A stretch of DNA of 63,569 nt, counting the filler, from Reclinomonas americana ATCC 50394 (taxonomy: Eukaryota), in assembly GCA_048213135.1 (NCBI GenBank). It is 10 parts of 4 records of this genome, joined end to end, with 100 filler letters (N's around TTAATTAATTAA, not from the genome) between each part and the next. Parts side by side here need not be neighbours in the genome. Positions count along the whole stretch, not along the records: positions 10,633 to 13,731 come from PS015785.1; positions 13,832 to 22,828 come from PS015786.1; positions 22,929 to 33,209 come from PS015786.1; 7 more parts are not named here. One strand, written 5' to 3'. The notes beneath the pieces were generated by a model, which saw nothing but the letters and a program-made list of their open reading frames with translations, was not told the DNA's origin and ran no database searches. Shown one piece after another: positions 13,164 through 25,056 of the stretch (within the stretch, counting starts at the first letter, position 1; the number at the start of each line of letters is the position of its first letter). The position numbers and the translations under genes were made by a program.

Positions 13164-13363
13164 AGAGAGAGGAGGGAGGGAGAGGAGGGAGGAGAGAAGA
13201 GGCGATCGTCAATCTCTCGTGCTTTGTTCTGTGAGTGATCACACACACACATAGCCGCTCACCCGTCTTCGCTTCCGTTCACACACACTGCCAGCAGCAA
13301 TAACAGAGGCAGTAGCACAAGCAGTGTTGCAGCCTTCGCGACTGCTGTTGGTGGTCTCATCAT
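12162..13363 (-). CDS. Secreted protein with peptidase S74 / intramolecular-chaperone-like domain and coiled coil (3' truncated by gap)
   Basis: Signal peptide MMRPPTAVAKAATLLVLLPLLLLLAVCVNG in exon 1. Then ALQKLHGVEIVW...KELGILADELAALFPDVV...TVDYQQLTAILIEALKEQ and a coiled coil, matching the S74 pattern L..L.GV.Y.W...G.IAQE....FP.VV...VDY..L...LIEA.KEQ. Confidence 0.8.
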
Positions 13364-13441
13364 TTCTCCACCCACGCACAATGTAACGGTTTGTGTGGAG
13401 TGCGGAATTTCACTTCATGTACCTCGCACACAAACATCGGA

Positions 13442-13627
13442 ATGGCGCTTAGCTCACTGCCCGCTCTCGACTCACTCTCCGCACTGCACGCTGCGCAAGC
13501 GGCCGATGCTGGCTCGCTGCTCATTGTGTTGTTCTGGGCGGACTGGGCGCAACCGTGCTCCGACATGGCCAACGTGTGTGTGGAGCTGCAGAAGAGGCTG
13601 GGCGCCAGCGCTCTCCGACTCGCCAAG
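13442..13627 (+). CDS. GLRX3: Grx3/PICOT exon 1 (thioredoxin-like N-terminus)
   Basis: MALSSLP...LLIVLFWADWAQPCSDMANVCVEL...LRLAK followed by a GT donor. WAxPC is the Grx3 Trx-domain motif, and the protein continues logically in VEAEE at 11949. Confidence 0.85.
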
Positions 13628-13965
13628 GTGTTTAGAGAGAGAGAGAGGAGGGAGGGGGCGGGGGGGGGGAGGGGGAGGGAAGGGAAGGAAGGAAGGAAGA
13701 GAGAGAGAGAGTGGAGGAGGGAGGGAGGGAGNNNNNNNNNNNNNNNNNNNNNNNNNNNNNNNNNNNNNNNNNNNNTTAATTAATTAANNNNNNNNNNNNN
13801 NNNNNNNNNNNNNNNNNNNNNNNNNNNNNNNGCAGCAACAGCAACAGCAACAGCAACGGCGACAGTAACGAGTCATCTGACACGCCATCGGTTTGAGTGT
13901 GGAGGGCCACGAATAATAGCAGTGAAAATTACAAAGATTGGTGTAAACACAATCACGTCTTTATC

Positions 13966-16444
13966 CTATGGACGAGTGCCACTCGAGAGACCACCGACAG
14001 GTGACACGGCCAGACTGCTGTGACGACTGGGTGAGTTCCAACCACCAAATGGATCGTGATCGAGTGCGGTGAGCTCCAAGCGCGAGGCGCGCGGTGTTTC
14101 GCTACCGCGCATCGCCGACGCCGAGCCGGCAGTGACCGATGGGCGATCGGCGGCCTTTGCTGCCACCGGCGACATGAATGTAGAGGGCGACAAGGATGCC
14201 CCGGGTGAGGAGGCAGATGAGGAGGAGGAGGAAGACGCATCCTCATCGTCCGGGATGTTGACCCAGTCGCCGTCCGTGTCCAACTCAAAGTGCGGACGCA
14301 AGGCACGGCGCTTGGACGCGCGCTCCTCGTCCGCCTTTTGTTGTTCCTTGGCGGCGACGGGCACGTTATGGCGGCGGCGGCCGCTGCCACCGGCAGCTTG
14401 TCGCTCGCGAATCGGGTCCACGTCCTCCACCTGGACCTCTTCCTCCGGTTCATCGTCGTCCGTGTCGGAGAGTGCCGTGTCCACCGAGGCGGCGCCACTG
14501 TCCGTCGGACTCCACACAGGGGAGGACGGCATCCAGTGTCGAATGACGGGCGGGGACAGCCGTGGAGGCGGACTGGCGGCACTCGGGCTCTCCAACACCG
14601 ACGCCACCGGCGACGTGAGCTCGCCAGAGCCGTTCAGCGCAGTCCGCGATGCAGCCTGCTCACGTCCCCACACAACGAGTCGTTCATCCTCCGAGATCAC
14701 CGACGACGGAGTCGCAGGGTCATCTGCGATTCTCGCCGACATCAGCGGGTGCATGCTGAAACTGCGCGCGCTGTCTGCTGCCTGCTCCTCCTCTGGCTGT
14801 CCATCGTCGCAGCTGACCGTCAGGCGCGCAGGTGCTCCCTCCACTTCACTCGGCAGGCGACGTGCTTGCCGCGCCGACAGCGGAATCCATGCAGCACCAG
14901 CAGCGGCGGCGCTGCTGCTGCTGTTGTTGGTCGTGGTGGTGGTTGTAGTGGTGGTGGTGGCGTTGGCGGTCGCCGTGGCAGACGAGTGCAATCCAATCAT
15001 CTGCATCAGCTCCTCGTGCGCCTGCTGCTGACGCGGCGTCAACATGCGACGCGCCTGCGCCCTTCGGCGCGCAGCAAACGATCGTTTCGTCTCCATTTGC
15101 GTGGACATTCGGGCGCCCGTGCGAGGCGCCTGCGACTGTGGCACTGGCACATGCTCCGCAGCAGGTCCCTTTTGCTGTTGTTGCTGGTAATGCAGGCCGT
15201 GAACATCGAGTTGCAACGAAGGCGCGTCGGAAGAGTGGTGAGGCAGCTGTAATCTCGGCATGGTCACCGGCGCGCGGGCCGACGACGACGACGCATCGGC
15301 CAGGACCAGCGTAGGCAGCAAAGGCGTAGTGGTCAGCGCCTGTGTGGGCGGTGCTGGCGGTGGTGTTGGTGGTGACGGTGATGGTGGAGGCAGCATTGAA
15401 GGAGATGGAGACATGGAGGAGCGCATCGGCGGTGGTGTCGGTGTCGACGGCGAGCGCATGGTCTGCAACGAATGAGTGGGCAGCGGGGCCGGCAAGCGCG
15501 ACTGCACCGCAGCCAGCAGGGTGGTCGTCGGCGAGGCCGGCAAGAACAGCGCCGACTTGACGGGGCGCTGCGGCGAGGCACTGCGCGACTTGAGCGAATT
15601 CGGTCGCATCACCGACTGGATGGCCGCGGCACGGCGCACCGGCAGCGCCGCGGCACCCGCAGGCGGAAGAGGTGCCGGCGGTGGCAGCGAGGCAGTCGAT
15701 GCTGATGATGGCAGTGGTGGCGGTGGCGGAGGTGGTGGTGGCGGCGGTGGTGGTGGTGGTGGTGGCGCTACGACCGGGTGAGACGAGGCCGGGTTCATGG
15801 GAATAAGTTGCGTCAGGGACGCCACGCTGCGCAATCGGCTTCGGCGACGCGGAGTGGGTTGTACAGGCTCCTTGGGCACCAACTGCGAAGCAGTGGGGTG
15901 AGGGGACGAGAGGGGAACAGATGAATCGAAGTTAAGACGCAACGGCACTCTGCGAGTCGTGTGACGCGTCAGTGCGTGCACTGAGCGGACCGCGCGCGCT
16001 GACGGGGTGCTGGTGGTCTGACGACGACGAGCGGCTGGAGGGTCGTGATGACTGCTCGACGTGAGCCGACGGCAGCATGGAGGTCGAGTGGATGGCCAGC
16101 GGCGGGACCTGCGCTTCGCTCGGGAACGAGGCCCGCGGCCGCCGACGGCGATTGTGTGCGGTGGTGGAAGGGAAGGGTCGGCGGTCGCAGATGGGTGGGC
16201 GATGGGGATCGGAGGGTGGGAGGTGGACTGCGATGAAGGGGAAGGGTGGGTGAGACGAAAAGCGAGAGGGAGAGGGAGAGGGAGAGAGAGGGAGAGGGAG
16301 AGGGAGAGAGAGGGAGGGAGAGGGAGGGAGAAAAAGAAACAGGGGAACGCGCACAGGCTGAACTGAACGACGAGAAGAGAAGTGAATGCGATCGGAGGAG
16401 GATCGTGCGGTTCAGAAGCGCGGAACACGTGGAGAGAGAGGTAG

Positions 16445-16493
<49 letters not shown>

Positions 16494-17417
16494 GAGAGAG
16501 AGAGAGCGGAAGGAGGAGAAGAGAAGTGAATGCGACCGGAGGAGGAAACGATGGGATCAGACGCGGTATACGTGGAGAGAGAGAGAGAGAGAGAGCAAAC
16601 ACCCCTCCACACCAACAGAGGTAGACAGACACGATAGCGAACCATCGCCAGCAGCAAGTCAGTAACGAAACGAAGCAAGTGACACAACCCCACACGCGCA
16701 GTCAATCTCGCCAAAAGCCACTGCCGACCTCACAATCGCGCCTCCCTCCCTCCCTCTCCTCGCCTCCACACTCACCCTCGCCTCCCGCCTGCCTCCTCCG
16801 CCTCGGTCGACTGCTCGCACCCGCCGGTTTGCCCACCGACGCACCCACCAACAGCACATCAATCAAACTATTGTTGCTGCTGTTGTGCAAGTGAGTGGAC
16901 GAGTAGCCGCCCACCATGGCCGTCGTAGACACTGTCGAGGATGCCAGCGACACTGACGACACAAGCCGACGCAGCGGTTGAAGAGCACGACGATTTTCCG
17001 CATCGCTTCCTTCCTCCTCCTGCTCATCATCATCATCACTCTGCTCGCCTCCCTCCTCCTGCTGCTGCGATACAACATTCTCATCCACTTTGTCGTCCAC
17101 AATGGCCAGTGGGCGACGTGGTGCACGCGCAGTCGGAGGTGCCGAAGTCGATGAGGAGGAGGCGGCCATCACAGCGAGAAAGTGTGCAAAGCGCGGTGAT
17201 GCGGGAATGTGCTGGTGTGGGAAGTGAGCAGAGGTGTCGTGTACGTGAGAGAGGGAGTGAGTGAGCTCACCGCGGAGAGTGGAACCATTACGAAGCTTGT
17301 GTCTTTCGGAGCCGATGTCGTTTTTGTAGCAGTGGTGGTTGTGGTTGTGGTGGGAATGGTGATGGTGGTGCCGTTTCCGCGTGATCGCGCGGGCACGAGG
17401 AAACCCAGGTCAATCAT
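13966..17417 (-). CDS. Large Pro/Ser-rich intrinsically disordered protein (multi-exon; boundaries approximate)
   Basis: Long GC3-biased open frame 13966-~16150 with poly-Pro and acidic tracts. Upstream exons at 16830-17170 and 17280-17417 are separated by CT-rich GT-AG introns. No family recognised. Confidence 0.6.
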
Positions 17418-17724
17418 CGGGATTGAGGGGGGAGAGAGAGAGCCGAAGGATGCGCGCTCTTGAGTCAGTGAAAATGGCTTCTTATTCGTTCGAATTTCAA
17501 CGACCACGATTACGGCATGCAGTACGCAGCGGCGCATTTATTGCAATACAGCACGTGCCGTCCCACGGACCGAGATGCGTGGAGGAGGAGGGCGGCAAGA
17601 AGGAGGGGAAGGAGAGGGAATGGGGAAGCGAAGAGGTGGGATTTAAAGGGGACAAAGCAAACATAACGCACGTGCAAAAAACGGACATGTTGATTTCGGA
17701 CAAAGCAGAAAGCTTGAGCAAGCG

Positions 17725-18125
17725 TATATTATTCGCTGCTTAGCAAGCAGCAGGTGCTGCCTTGATGGCTAAGCTTTATTATGTCTATCCAAAACATCAA
17801 CACAAGCACCAATCTTGCGGCAGCAGCAGGTTTGTTGTGTGAGTGTGTTCGCTCTCGGAGATTCGAACAAGTCGATATCTGCGATCTTCACCACATAAGC
17901 GTGGATGAACAGTGGATTTGACGCACTTGTATAGACTCATAGCGTTTTCTTCGGTCATGTAAGGCACATCGAAGTCGGGAAAGGCCATAGCCAGGCAAGC
18001 GCAAACAAAGCAAGGACGGGTCCGGATCCGTGATGCGGACGCGTCGTCGTTTGTGGTATGGTAAACAAAAGGGAGAGCACGTCATGTTGTTGGATGCACA
18101 ACAGCAATTCATTCGTCAGCAGGTT
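17725..18125 (-). repeat. Dispersed repeat family, copy A
   Basis: Reverse complement aligns with 20925-21280 and 49370-49585. Contains CAAGTGCGTCAAATCCACTGTTCA (rc at 17906-17929), GGTGAAGATCG and ACCTGCTGCTGCC. Confidence 0.85.
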
Positions 18126-18536
18126 GAGACCGCGCGCCGAAGGTTGGCGCACGAAATCCGATGCACACGATCACGAGCCGTTTTTCGATATAGCGGTCGC
18201 AAGGAGCACTCGATATTTGGGAGACGCGAGGTCCACCAACATGCAGCAAAACCTGCACCGGTACCGCAGCGCGTTCGAATTCATTCAAAGTTCGAACATC
18301 GCGACGTTGCCGAGCTGCAAGCCCCAATCGAGTTCGTCCATCAACCACCCGCCTTCGGTATGCCGCGCGTCGTTGCACCGTTACCCACCAAGTTAACCCG
18401 CACTTTTGCGATTTTCTGTTTTCGGTTTTTCGCTCAAATCAGTTTTCGGACGGTCGGTCGCCTCTCACACAAAATTCGTGCCAATCGGCGAGAGAGAAAG
18501 ACACAGCCACAGACACAGCCACTCTTTCGCAAGCAG

Positions 18537-19749
18537 ATGGAGATCCCGCAGAACGTCGCCTGGTCCGCCTTTGGCATGGCCACCAACAGCGCACCAGCAG
18601 CCGCCGCCGCCGCCGCCGCTGCTGCGTCATCATCCTCCACTGTCCCGGTTCTGCTGGTGGCGGTGGTGGGCGCTCTGCTGCTGGCCTCGGTGTGCCTGCT
18701 GCTCATTGTCGAGTGGCCGTACCGCAACATGTCGCCACTGATGGCCGCCGTGATGAAGCAACGACAGCAGCAGCAACAGCAACAGCAGCAGCAGCAGCAA
18801 TCACAAGAAGATGACGAGTTTTCGTTCCTGCTCTCACCGCCACCCGTGCGGCCACGACGCGAACGCATGGCGCATGTGGATGAACTCCGCGAGGAGGTGG
18901 TGGCGGAGATGATGGCGGAGAGCAAGCGCGAGGAGATGACGCGTCGCTTGGGTCGTTTGTTGGGTGCGTTTTTTTCTTCGTTTTTTCCTCCCTCCCCCCT
19001 TCTGACCGCGTGTGGCGAATGCAGAGCGCACGGATGTGACGGAGGAGCAGATTGCAGAGGCGGTGGATGGACTCGATGTGTTGCAGTTGCCTGGTGAGTC
19101 TCGTCACTTTTTGTGTGTGATGTCACACCTTGTGACTGACGATTGGATTCTTCCGACGACTTCGCAGCCGGCTTGACACTGACGGTGCGCAATTCGCGTC
19201 TCTTGTGCGCCGCCTTGCGCGACAACACGACGATCCACACGTGCGATCTGTCGTCGGCCCTGTTGGGCACGAGCTGCATGATGCGATTGGCGAGCACGTT
19301 GGCGGAGAACAATTCGATTGTGAGTCTCTCGCTGGCACACAATCCGGTGGGATCGTTGGGCGCGGGCTTTTTGGCGGAGGCTCTCGTTGCGTGCCATTTA
19401 CTGCGTGCTGAAGGGGAGGGAGAGAAACCAGCTGCTGACCTTTTCTCACATACACAGTCACTGAATACGACGCTGACGACCCTCGATTTGCGCGACTCGT
19501 GCGTCGGTGTGGTGGGCGTGCAGGCACTGGCCAACGCCATGTCGCTGAATCGCACCCTGCTGACGCTGCATCTGGACGAGAATCACATTGGCGACGATGG
19601 CGTGCAGGCGCTGGCCGATGTGTTGGCGTCCACGACTAGCGCGGTGCAGTCTCTCAGTCTGTCGTCGTGCTCGGTGTCGGACACGGGCGCCTCGGCACTG
19701 GCCGCCACCTTGCACACGAACCGCTCGCTTCTCCTGCTCGACCTCAGTC
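18537..19749 (+). CDS. Membrane-anchored RNI-like (NLRC3-type) leucine-rich repeat protein, 3' truncated by gap
   Basis: N-terminal TM VPVLLVAVVGALLLASVCLLLIV, a poly-Q tract, then 28-aa LRRs such as NTTLTTLDLRDSCVGVVGVQALANAMSLNRTLLTLHLDENHIGDDGVQALADVL. Confidence 0.85.
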
Positions 19750-20924
19750 NNNNNNNNNNNNNNNNNNNNNNNNNNNNNNNNNNNNNNNNNNNNNNNNNNN
19801 NNNNNNNNNNNNNNNNNNNNNNNNNNNNNNNNNNNNNNNNNNNNNNNNNNNNNNNNNNNNNNNNNNNNNNNNNNNNNNNNNNNNNNNNNNNNNNNNNNNN
19901 NNNNNNNNNNNNNNNNNNNNNNNNNNNNNNNNNNNNNNNNNNNNNNNNNNNNNNNNNNNNNNNNNNNNNNNNNNNNNNNNNNNNNNNNNNNNNNNNNNNN
20001 NNNNNNNNNNNNNNNNNNNNNNNNNNNNNNNNNNNNNNNNNNNNNNNNNNNNNNNNNNNNNNNNNNNNNNNNNNNNNNNNNNNNNNNNNNNNNNNNNNNN
20101 NNNNNNNNNNNNNNNNNNNNNNNNNNNNNNNNNNNNNNNNNNNNNNNNNNNNNNNNNNNNNNNNNNNNNNNNNNNNNNNNNNNNNNNNNNNNNNNNNNNN
20201 NNNNNNNNNNNNNNNNNNNNNNNNNNNNNNNNNNNNNNNNNNNNNNNNNNNNNNNNNNNNNNNNNNNNNNNNNNNNNNNNNNNNNNNNNNNNNNNNNNNN
20301 NNNNNNNNNNNNNNNNNNNNNNNNNNNNNNNNNNNNNNNNNNNNNNNNNNNNNNNNNNNNNNNNNNNNNNNNNNNNNNNNNNNNNNNNNNNNNNNNNNNN
20401 NNNNNNNNNNNNNNNNNNNNNNNNNNNNNNNNNNNNNNNNNNNNNNNNNNNNNNNNNNNNNNNNNNNNNNNNNNNNNNNNNNNNNNNNNNNNNNNNNNNN
20501 NNNNNNNNNNNNNNNNNNNNNNNNNNNNNNNNNNNNNNNNNNNNNNNNNNNNNNNNNNNNNNNNNNNNNNNNNNNNNNNNNNNNNNNNNNGAGGGAAAGG
20601 GGGAGGGGGAAGAGGGGAAAGGGGGAGAGGGGAAAGAGGGGAAGAGGGAAGAGGGAAGAGGGAAGAGGGAAGGGAAGAGAGAAGCGTGAAGGGTGGGAGA
20701 GGGGGAAGCGTCGCCAACAAGTCCTCAAGTCTCCTGCTTGTGCACAGCGATTCCGATAACACCATTGGCAACAGCACGTCATGCTCTCTTGATCTGCGAT
20801 CTTGCTATCTTTCTCGTTTCCTTAGTGGAACTTGGCGTCAATCCATGCTTGTCACGAGCTGTGGTTTCGAATTCTCTTGCAGAAACGCCAGCATCCATCT
20901 CGACTGTTTCTCGCTTTTCTCGTG

Positions 20925-21280
20925 ATGTCTGAGTTTCTGGTGCTCACTCAAGATGATGATCATCACGCAGCTGTGTTGCTGTTTGGAAAGTTGTTGTTGT
21001 TGTTGTTGCTCGTGTGTTCACTCCCGTACAAACAAAAAAATACGGATCCGGATCCGAACCGGTACCTCCTGGCCTTTCTTGTTTGCCTTGCCTTTTCCCG
21101 AGGTTGGATCTGTCGTGTATGATCGCTGAACGCTCGCAAGTGCGTCAAATCCACTGTTCAGCTACGCGTATGCGGTGAAGATCGACGAACACGCACACAG
21201 CAAAACCTGCTGCTGCCCTCAAGGCTGCTTTGTGTTGATGTGGATGAACCTGGTCCAGCAAGACAGCCGCTGTTGCCTTG
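20925..21280 (+). repeat. Dispersed repeat family, copy B (degenerate)
   Basis: GGATCCGGA...GCCTTTTCCCGA...CAAGTGCGTCAAATCCACTGTTCA (21137-21160)...GGTGAAGATCG...ACCTGCTGCTGCC...TGTGTTGATG...CAAGACAGC. Confidence 0.8.
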
Positions 21281-22928
21281 CAGGCGGAGATGCTGCTGTG
21301 ACCCCGCTCGCCCATATTATTTCATCTCTCTGACTATTCCTCACTTGAATCTTCTTCATTGCTTGCCACGGCGTTACTATGATTACCACACAGCTTGTTG
21401 TTGTCGCGCAGTTGTCGGAGAAGTCGGACTCGCGATGTTGTTGTTGACATGTGTCCACCAGATCCATCATCCCTTCCCTCTAACTGCACGGCGGGTCAGA
21501 ACGAGTACGATTTGAAGAAGAAGAAGAGGGAGGACACAGTGGCCTGTATCCGTATTGATAGCAGAACATCCGAATTCGTACAGTGCGTCAATGTCGAGTG
21601 GGGAACGAAGACTCGCGACAAGCTCTGCGTGCACGCACCGCCCACATCGCCAATCTACTTGCCCTCCAAGTCACACACACATTGCGTTCGATAACAGTCA
21701 AGCCTTTTCACTCTACACACCCACCACCACCACCACCACCACACCACCAAGCAAAACACACACACACACACGCAGACACAGAGACTCAGACACACACATG
21801 CACACGCAGAGAGAGAGCGAGAGGAACCAACACGCGCAGCAGTTCCATTCTGCTTGCGCGGCCACGTTTTCTCATTTCACACAAACACACAAACACACAT
21901 TCGCCTCTCCTCCACACATCGTCGTGATCGCCCGAGCCCCTCGCCTCCTCCTCCTCCTTCTCCTCCTCCAGCCCTTCAGACTCTCAGGGTCCAAAGTCTC
22001 CACAGGCGCCGCCAAAGCCGCCCGATCCGTACGATTCCACCACCACCTCGCCTGAATAGTGTGCCGTCGCCCATTGACCACCGACATTTGTGTTCACCTC
22101 GCCACCATGCGGTGCGCCCAGCTCCTCTGCAAACTCGGCCGAGATGGGCTCCATTTCAAAGGTTACTGGCCTGTGTGATGTCGAGTGGTGTGTTCAGTAA
22201 CAAAGGAGACGCATAAAAAAAAACGGACGACACAACACAGAGACACACGCACAAAACACGCACGCGCAGTGCGAGGAGATAGTGTGTGTGTGGAGCAAAA
22301 GCGGCCAGTGCGAGAAGGTTCAACGCGACTTCTCGCAGCACTGAACTGAACACGAAAAGAGATCGATGCCACGCACAAGCAGTCGGGAGAGCAGTGGCAT
22401 AGAGAGGCACACACTCATACACAGAGAGAGAGAGGAGCGTGCGATGTACGAGAGTGCGCACACGCGTGTGAGAACAGTCGCGTGCGAGACTTCTCGCACA
22501 CGTCATTGCGGTGTCAGGCGTGCGCACACACGCAATCGCGCACAACGCAAGTCACACAGGAAGAGACCGATGGGGGAGAGGGGGAGGGGCAGCGAGAGGA
22601 AGACATGCCCGTGTGCGTCTGCGTGACTGCGCGCGAGCACACACTGACCCCTGAACACTCACCAGGCGCTCTCCACTGTGCCGTTAAAGTAGTAGCGTGA
22701 CATCGCTGTGCCTCCTTGCCTCCTCTTTTTTTCTTTCTTTTGTGTGGGCGGCTGGCCAAGGCCAGATGGGCGCGCGCGAAGGAAATTGTGAAACTCTGAT
22801 TCCACTACCCAATCCGGCCGACGGACGCNNNNNNNNNNNNNNNNNNNNNNNNNNNNNNNNNNNNNNNNNNNNTTAATTAATTAANNNNNNNNNNNNNNNN
22901 NNNNNNNNNNNNNNNNNNNNNNNNNNNN

Positions 22929-23739
22929 TGTATCCTTTCGTGTGTTGCACTTGAAGTCCACTCACGAGCGACCACACTCGCACGGTTGCGTCGGTGCCTC
23001 CACTCACCACGTGCAGGCCACTGGGAGACACAGCGACAGACCTCACCAGATTGGAGTGTCCTTGCAGTCGCTGCACTTCCTCACCACTCGCGACAGACCA
23101 CACGCACACAGTCTTGTCGCCACTGCCGCTGACAATGTGATGGCCGTCGGGAGTGACAGCGACAGAAAGCACCCATCCAGCGTGCCCCTCCAGTTGTCGC
23201 AATTGCTCGCCAGTCGTCAGCGACCACACTCGTACAGTTCTGTCCCTGCTCCCACTCACCACGTGCTTGCCGTCGAGAGTGACAGCCACACACATCACCC
23301 ATGCAGTGTGTCCCCTCAACCGGCGCACTTCTTCGCCACTCGCCAGCGACCACACTCGCACCGTCTTGTCTGTACCCCCACTCACAACGTGCTGACCATC
23401 GGGAGTGACAGCCACAGACATCACCTCCTCAGTGTGCCCCTCCAGCCGTCGCACCTCCTCACCACTCGCCAGTGACCACACTCGTACAGTTTTGTCCTTG
23501 CTCCCACTCACAACAAGCTGACCGTTGGGAGTGATGGCGACAGACATCACCTCCTCCGTGTGCCCCTCCATCTGTTGCACCTCCTCGCCGCTCACCACAC
23601 TCCACACTCGTACAGTCATATCCTCTCCCCCGCTCACAATGTGACGACCATCTGCAGCAACGGCAACAGATCGCACACACCCAGTGTGCCCAATGAGGCA
23701 CTTGGAGGGGAGAAGGAGGGGGGCCGGAGCGAGTGACAT
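22929..23739 (-). CDS. Intronless WD40-repeat protein with highly conserved 42-aa repeats (3' truncated by contig end)
   Basis: MSLAPAPLLLPSKCLIGHTGCVRSVAV... six complete GH...VxSVAVTPDG.HVVSGxxDxTVRVWS repeats with 126-bp periodicity, plus the start of a seventh. Confidence 0.9.
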
Positions 23740-23870
23740 GCGAGTGCTCAAGACAACCAATACAAGAAGTGTGAGATTGAGCGGGACGCATGCGAAGTGG
23801 ACGTTGCCACTTCTTCTAGAGCAAGCAATGCAGGCTGCCTTCTTTATTTGCACGTAAACTTCTGATCTTG

Positions 23871-24058
23871 TCACAGACACGACTTGGGGTCCACACCGCG
23901 CCGATACACAATGACCTCAGCATGCGCATCCTCGACGATGAAGCAACGCAAAACCATCTCCGGCAAGCACCGCAAAGCCACGTCCTCCTCTGCTCCGGAT
24001 CCCTCCCGCTGCATCTCCTGCACCACCAGCATGGCCGCACGGAGTGGACCACACTCGT
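23871..24058 (-). pseudogene. Remnant 3' end of a third WD40 paralogue
   Basis: RVWSTPCG followed, out of frame, by RAAMLVVQEMQREGSGAEEDVALRCLPEMVLRCFIVEDAHAEVIVYRRGVDP. It is nearly identical to the tail at 25235-25425 but lacks the WD repeats. Confidence 0.75.
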
Positions 24059-24149
24059 TGTGCACGCGTACGTGCGCCGCAGCGCGCGCAGCTGTCTTGT
24101 CGCGCGCTCCTGCCACACAATGATGATCGCAGCGTACGCTGCGCCGCGC

Positions 24150-24835
24150 ACGCTGCGTGTCGCGATCGCACGCATATATGCACACAAGAAGGTTGCAATT
24201 GCGAATCCTTTACTCATTTGTGGAGCAAGAAAGCAGATCTCGCGATCACTCCGCATGCACATGCGGCTGATCATGACGCTGATCATAGTCGGCGCTGTAA
24301 TGATCCGGATACTTGACGTTGTTCTTGCGGAACGCCTTCTCCACCTCATCCGCCACCATCGTCTTACTTGGATGTGCGGCGACCTCCAGTTGCTTCCGCA
24401 GGCATTCGATGTCGGTCATTAACCCAGGCGAGCCGATCGCCTGCAGCATCTCTCGATGTTTATCTGTCATCCATGCGTTATCCTCGCAGCGGCACGCACA
24501 AAGACAGGTATACCGGCGGAGTTGAAGACGGCGTAGTTGTCGCCCAGCACGGGCACGAAACAACGAGGTTGAACGAGAATGGCAGCAGAGCTCTTGAGAT
24601 GGAAATCCTTCCATGCCACACCCATAGGCGTACCAGCGAGACTCTTTCTCACGGCGTTTGCGTTCGCCTCCGTGAATCGACTGTAGTTGCAGAACTGCGT
24701 CTCGGCCTCAGCTTGAAGCCTCGCGCGCAGGAGCTCGTCCTTAACGAAGAGCGTATTGCGGATGAAGAGCGGGACGAGCGAATCCTTCTTCATAGCTGCT
24801 TGTTGCAGGATGTACATGCTGCCAGCGCCCACCAC
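24150..24835 (-). pseudogene. Intronless frameshifted ORF remnant of unknown (possibly mobile or viral) origin
   Basis: Overlapping protein-like frames (MYILQQAAMKKDSLVPLF...YAVFNSAG; DNAWMTDKHREMLQAIG...) that switch frame, with no splice signals or microsatellites. Confidence 0.35.
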
Positions 24836-25056
24836 AAAAGCACTCAGTGCGCAGACGGGGTACTGCCTGAAGATTCGCCCACAAATACTGCCAACCGCTG
24901 CTCACAAGCATTGTCGAATGTAGAAAGACGAAAGACGAAGCGAAAGGTAAACGGAAAGTTCAATTTTGGGGGACACGCGTGGGGACGCTCCGCTGCGGTG
25001 ATCCGGCGCCATATACAAGTTGAACAAGAGTGAAAACTCGCCTTACTTGCGGTCTT

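Noticed and set aside
17858..17893. Pol III A-box-like (TGGTGAAGATCG) and B-box-like (GTTCGAATC) motifs in repeat copy A, minus strand
   Set aside because: Spacing is only ~13 nt, the B-box is not conserved in copies B and C, and no cloverleaf forms, so a tRNA/SINE call is unsupported.
21490..22200. Short coding-looking fragments between repeat copy B and the contig end
   Set aside because: No recognisable motif, consistent frame or splice structure.
23060..23700. Regularly spaced repeats that could suggest a CRISPR-like array
   Set aside because: They are 126-bp coding WD40 repeats with no unique spacers and no cas genes.
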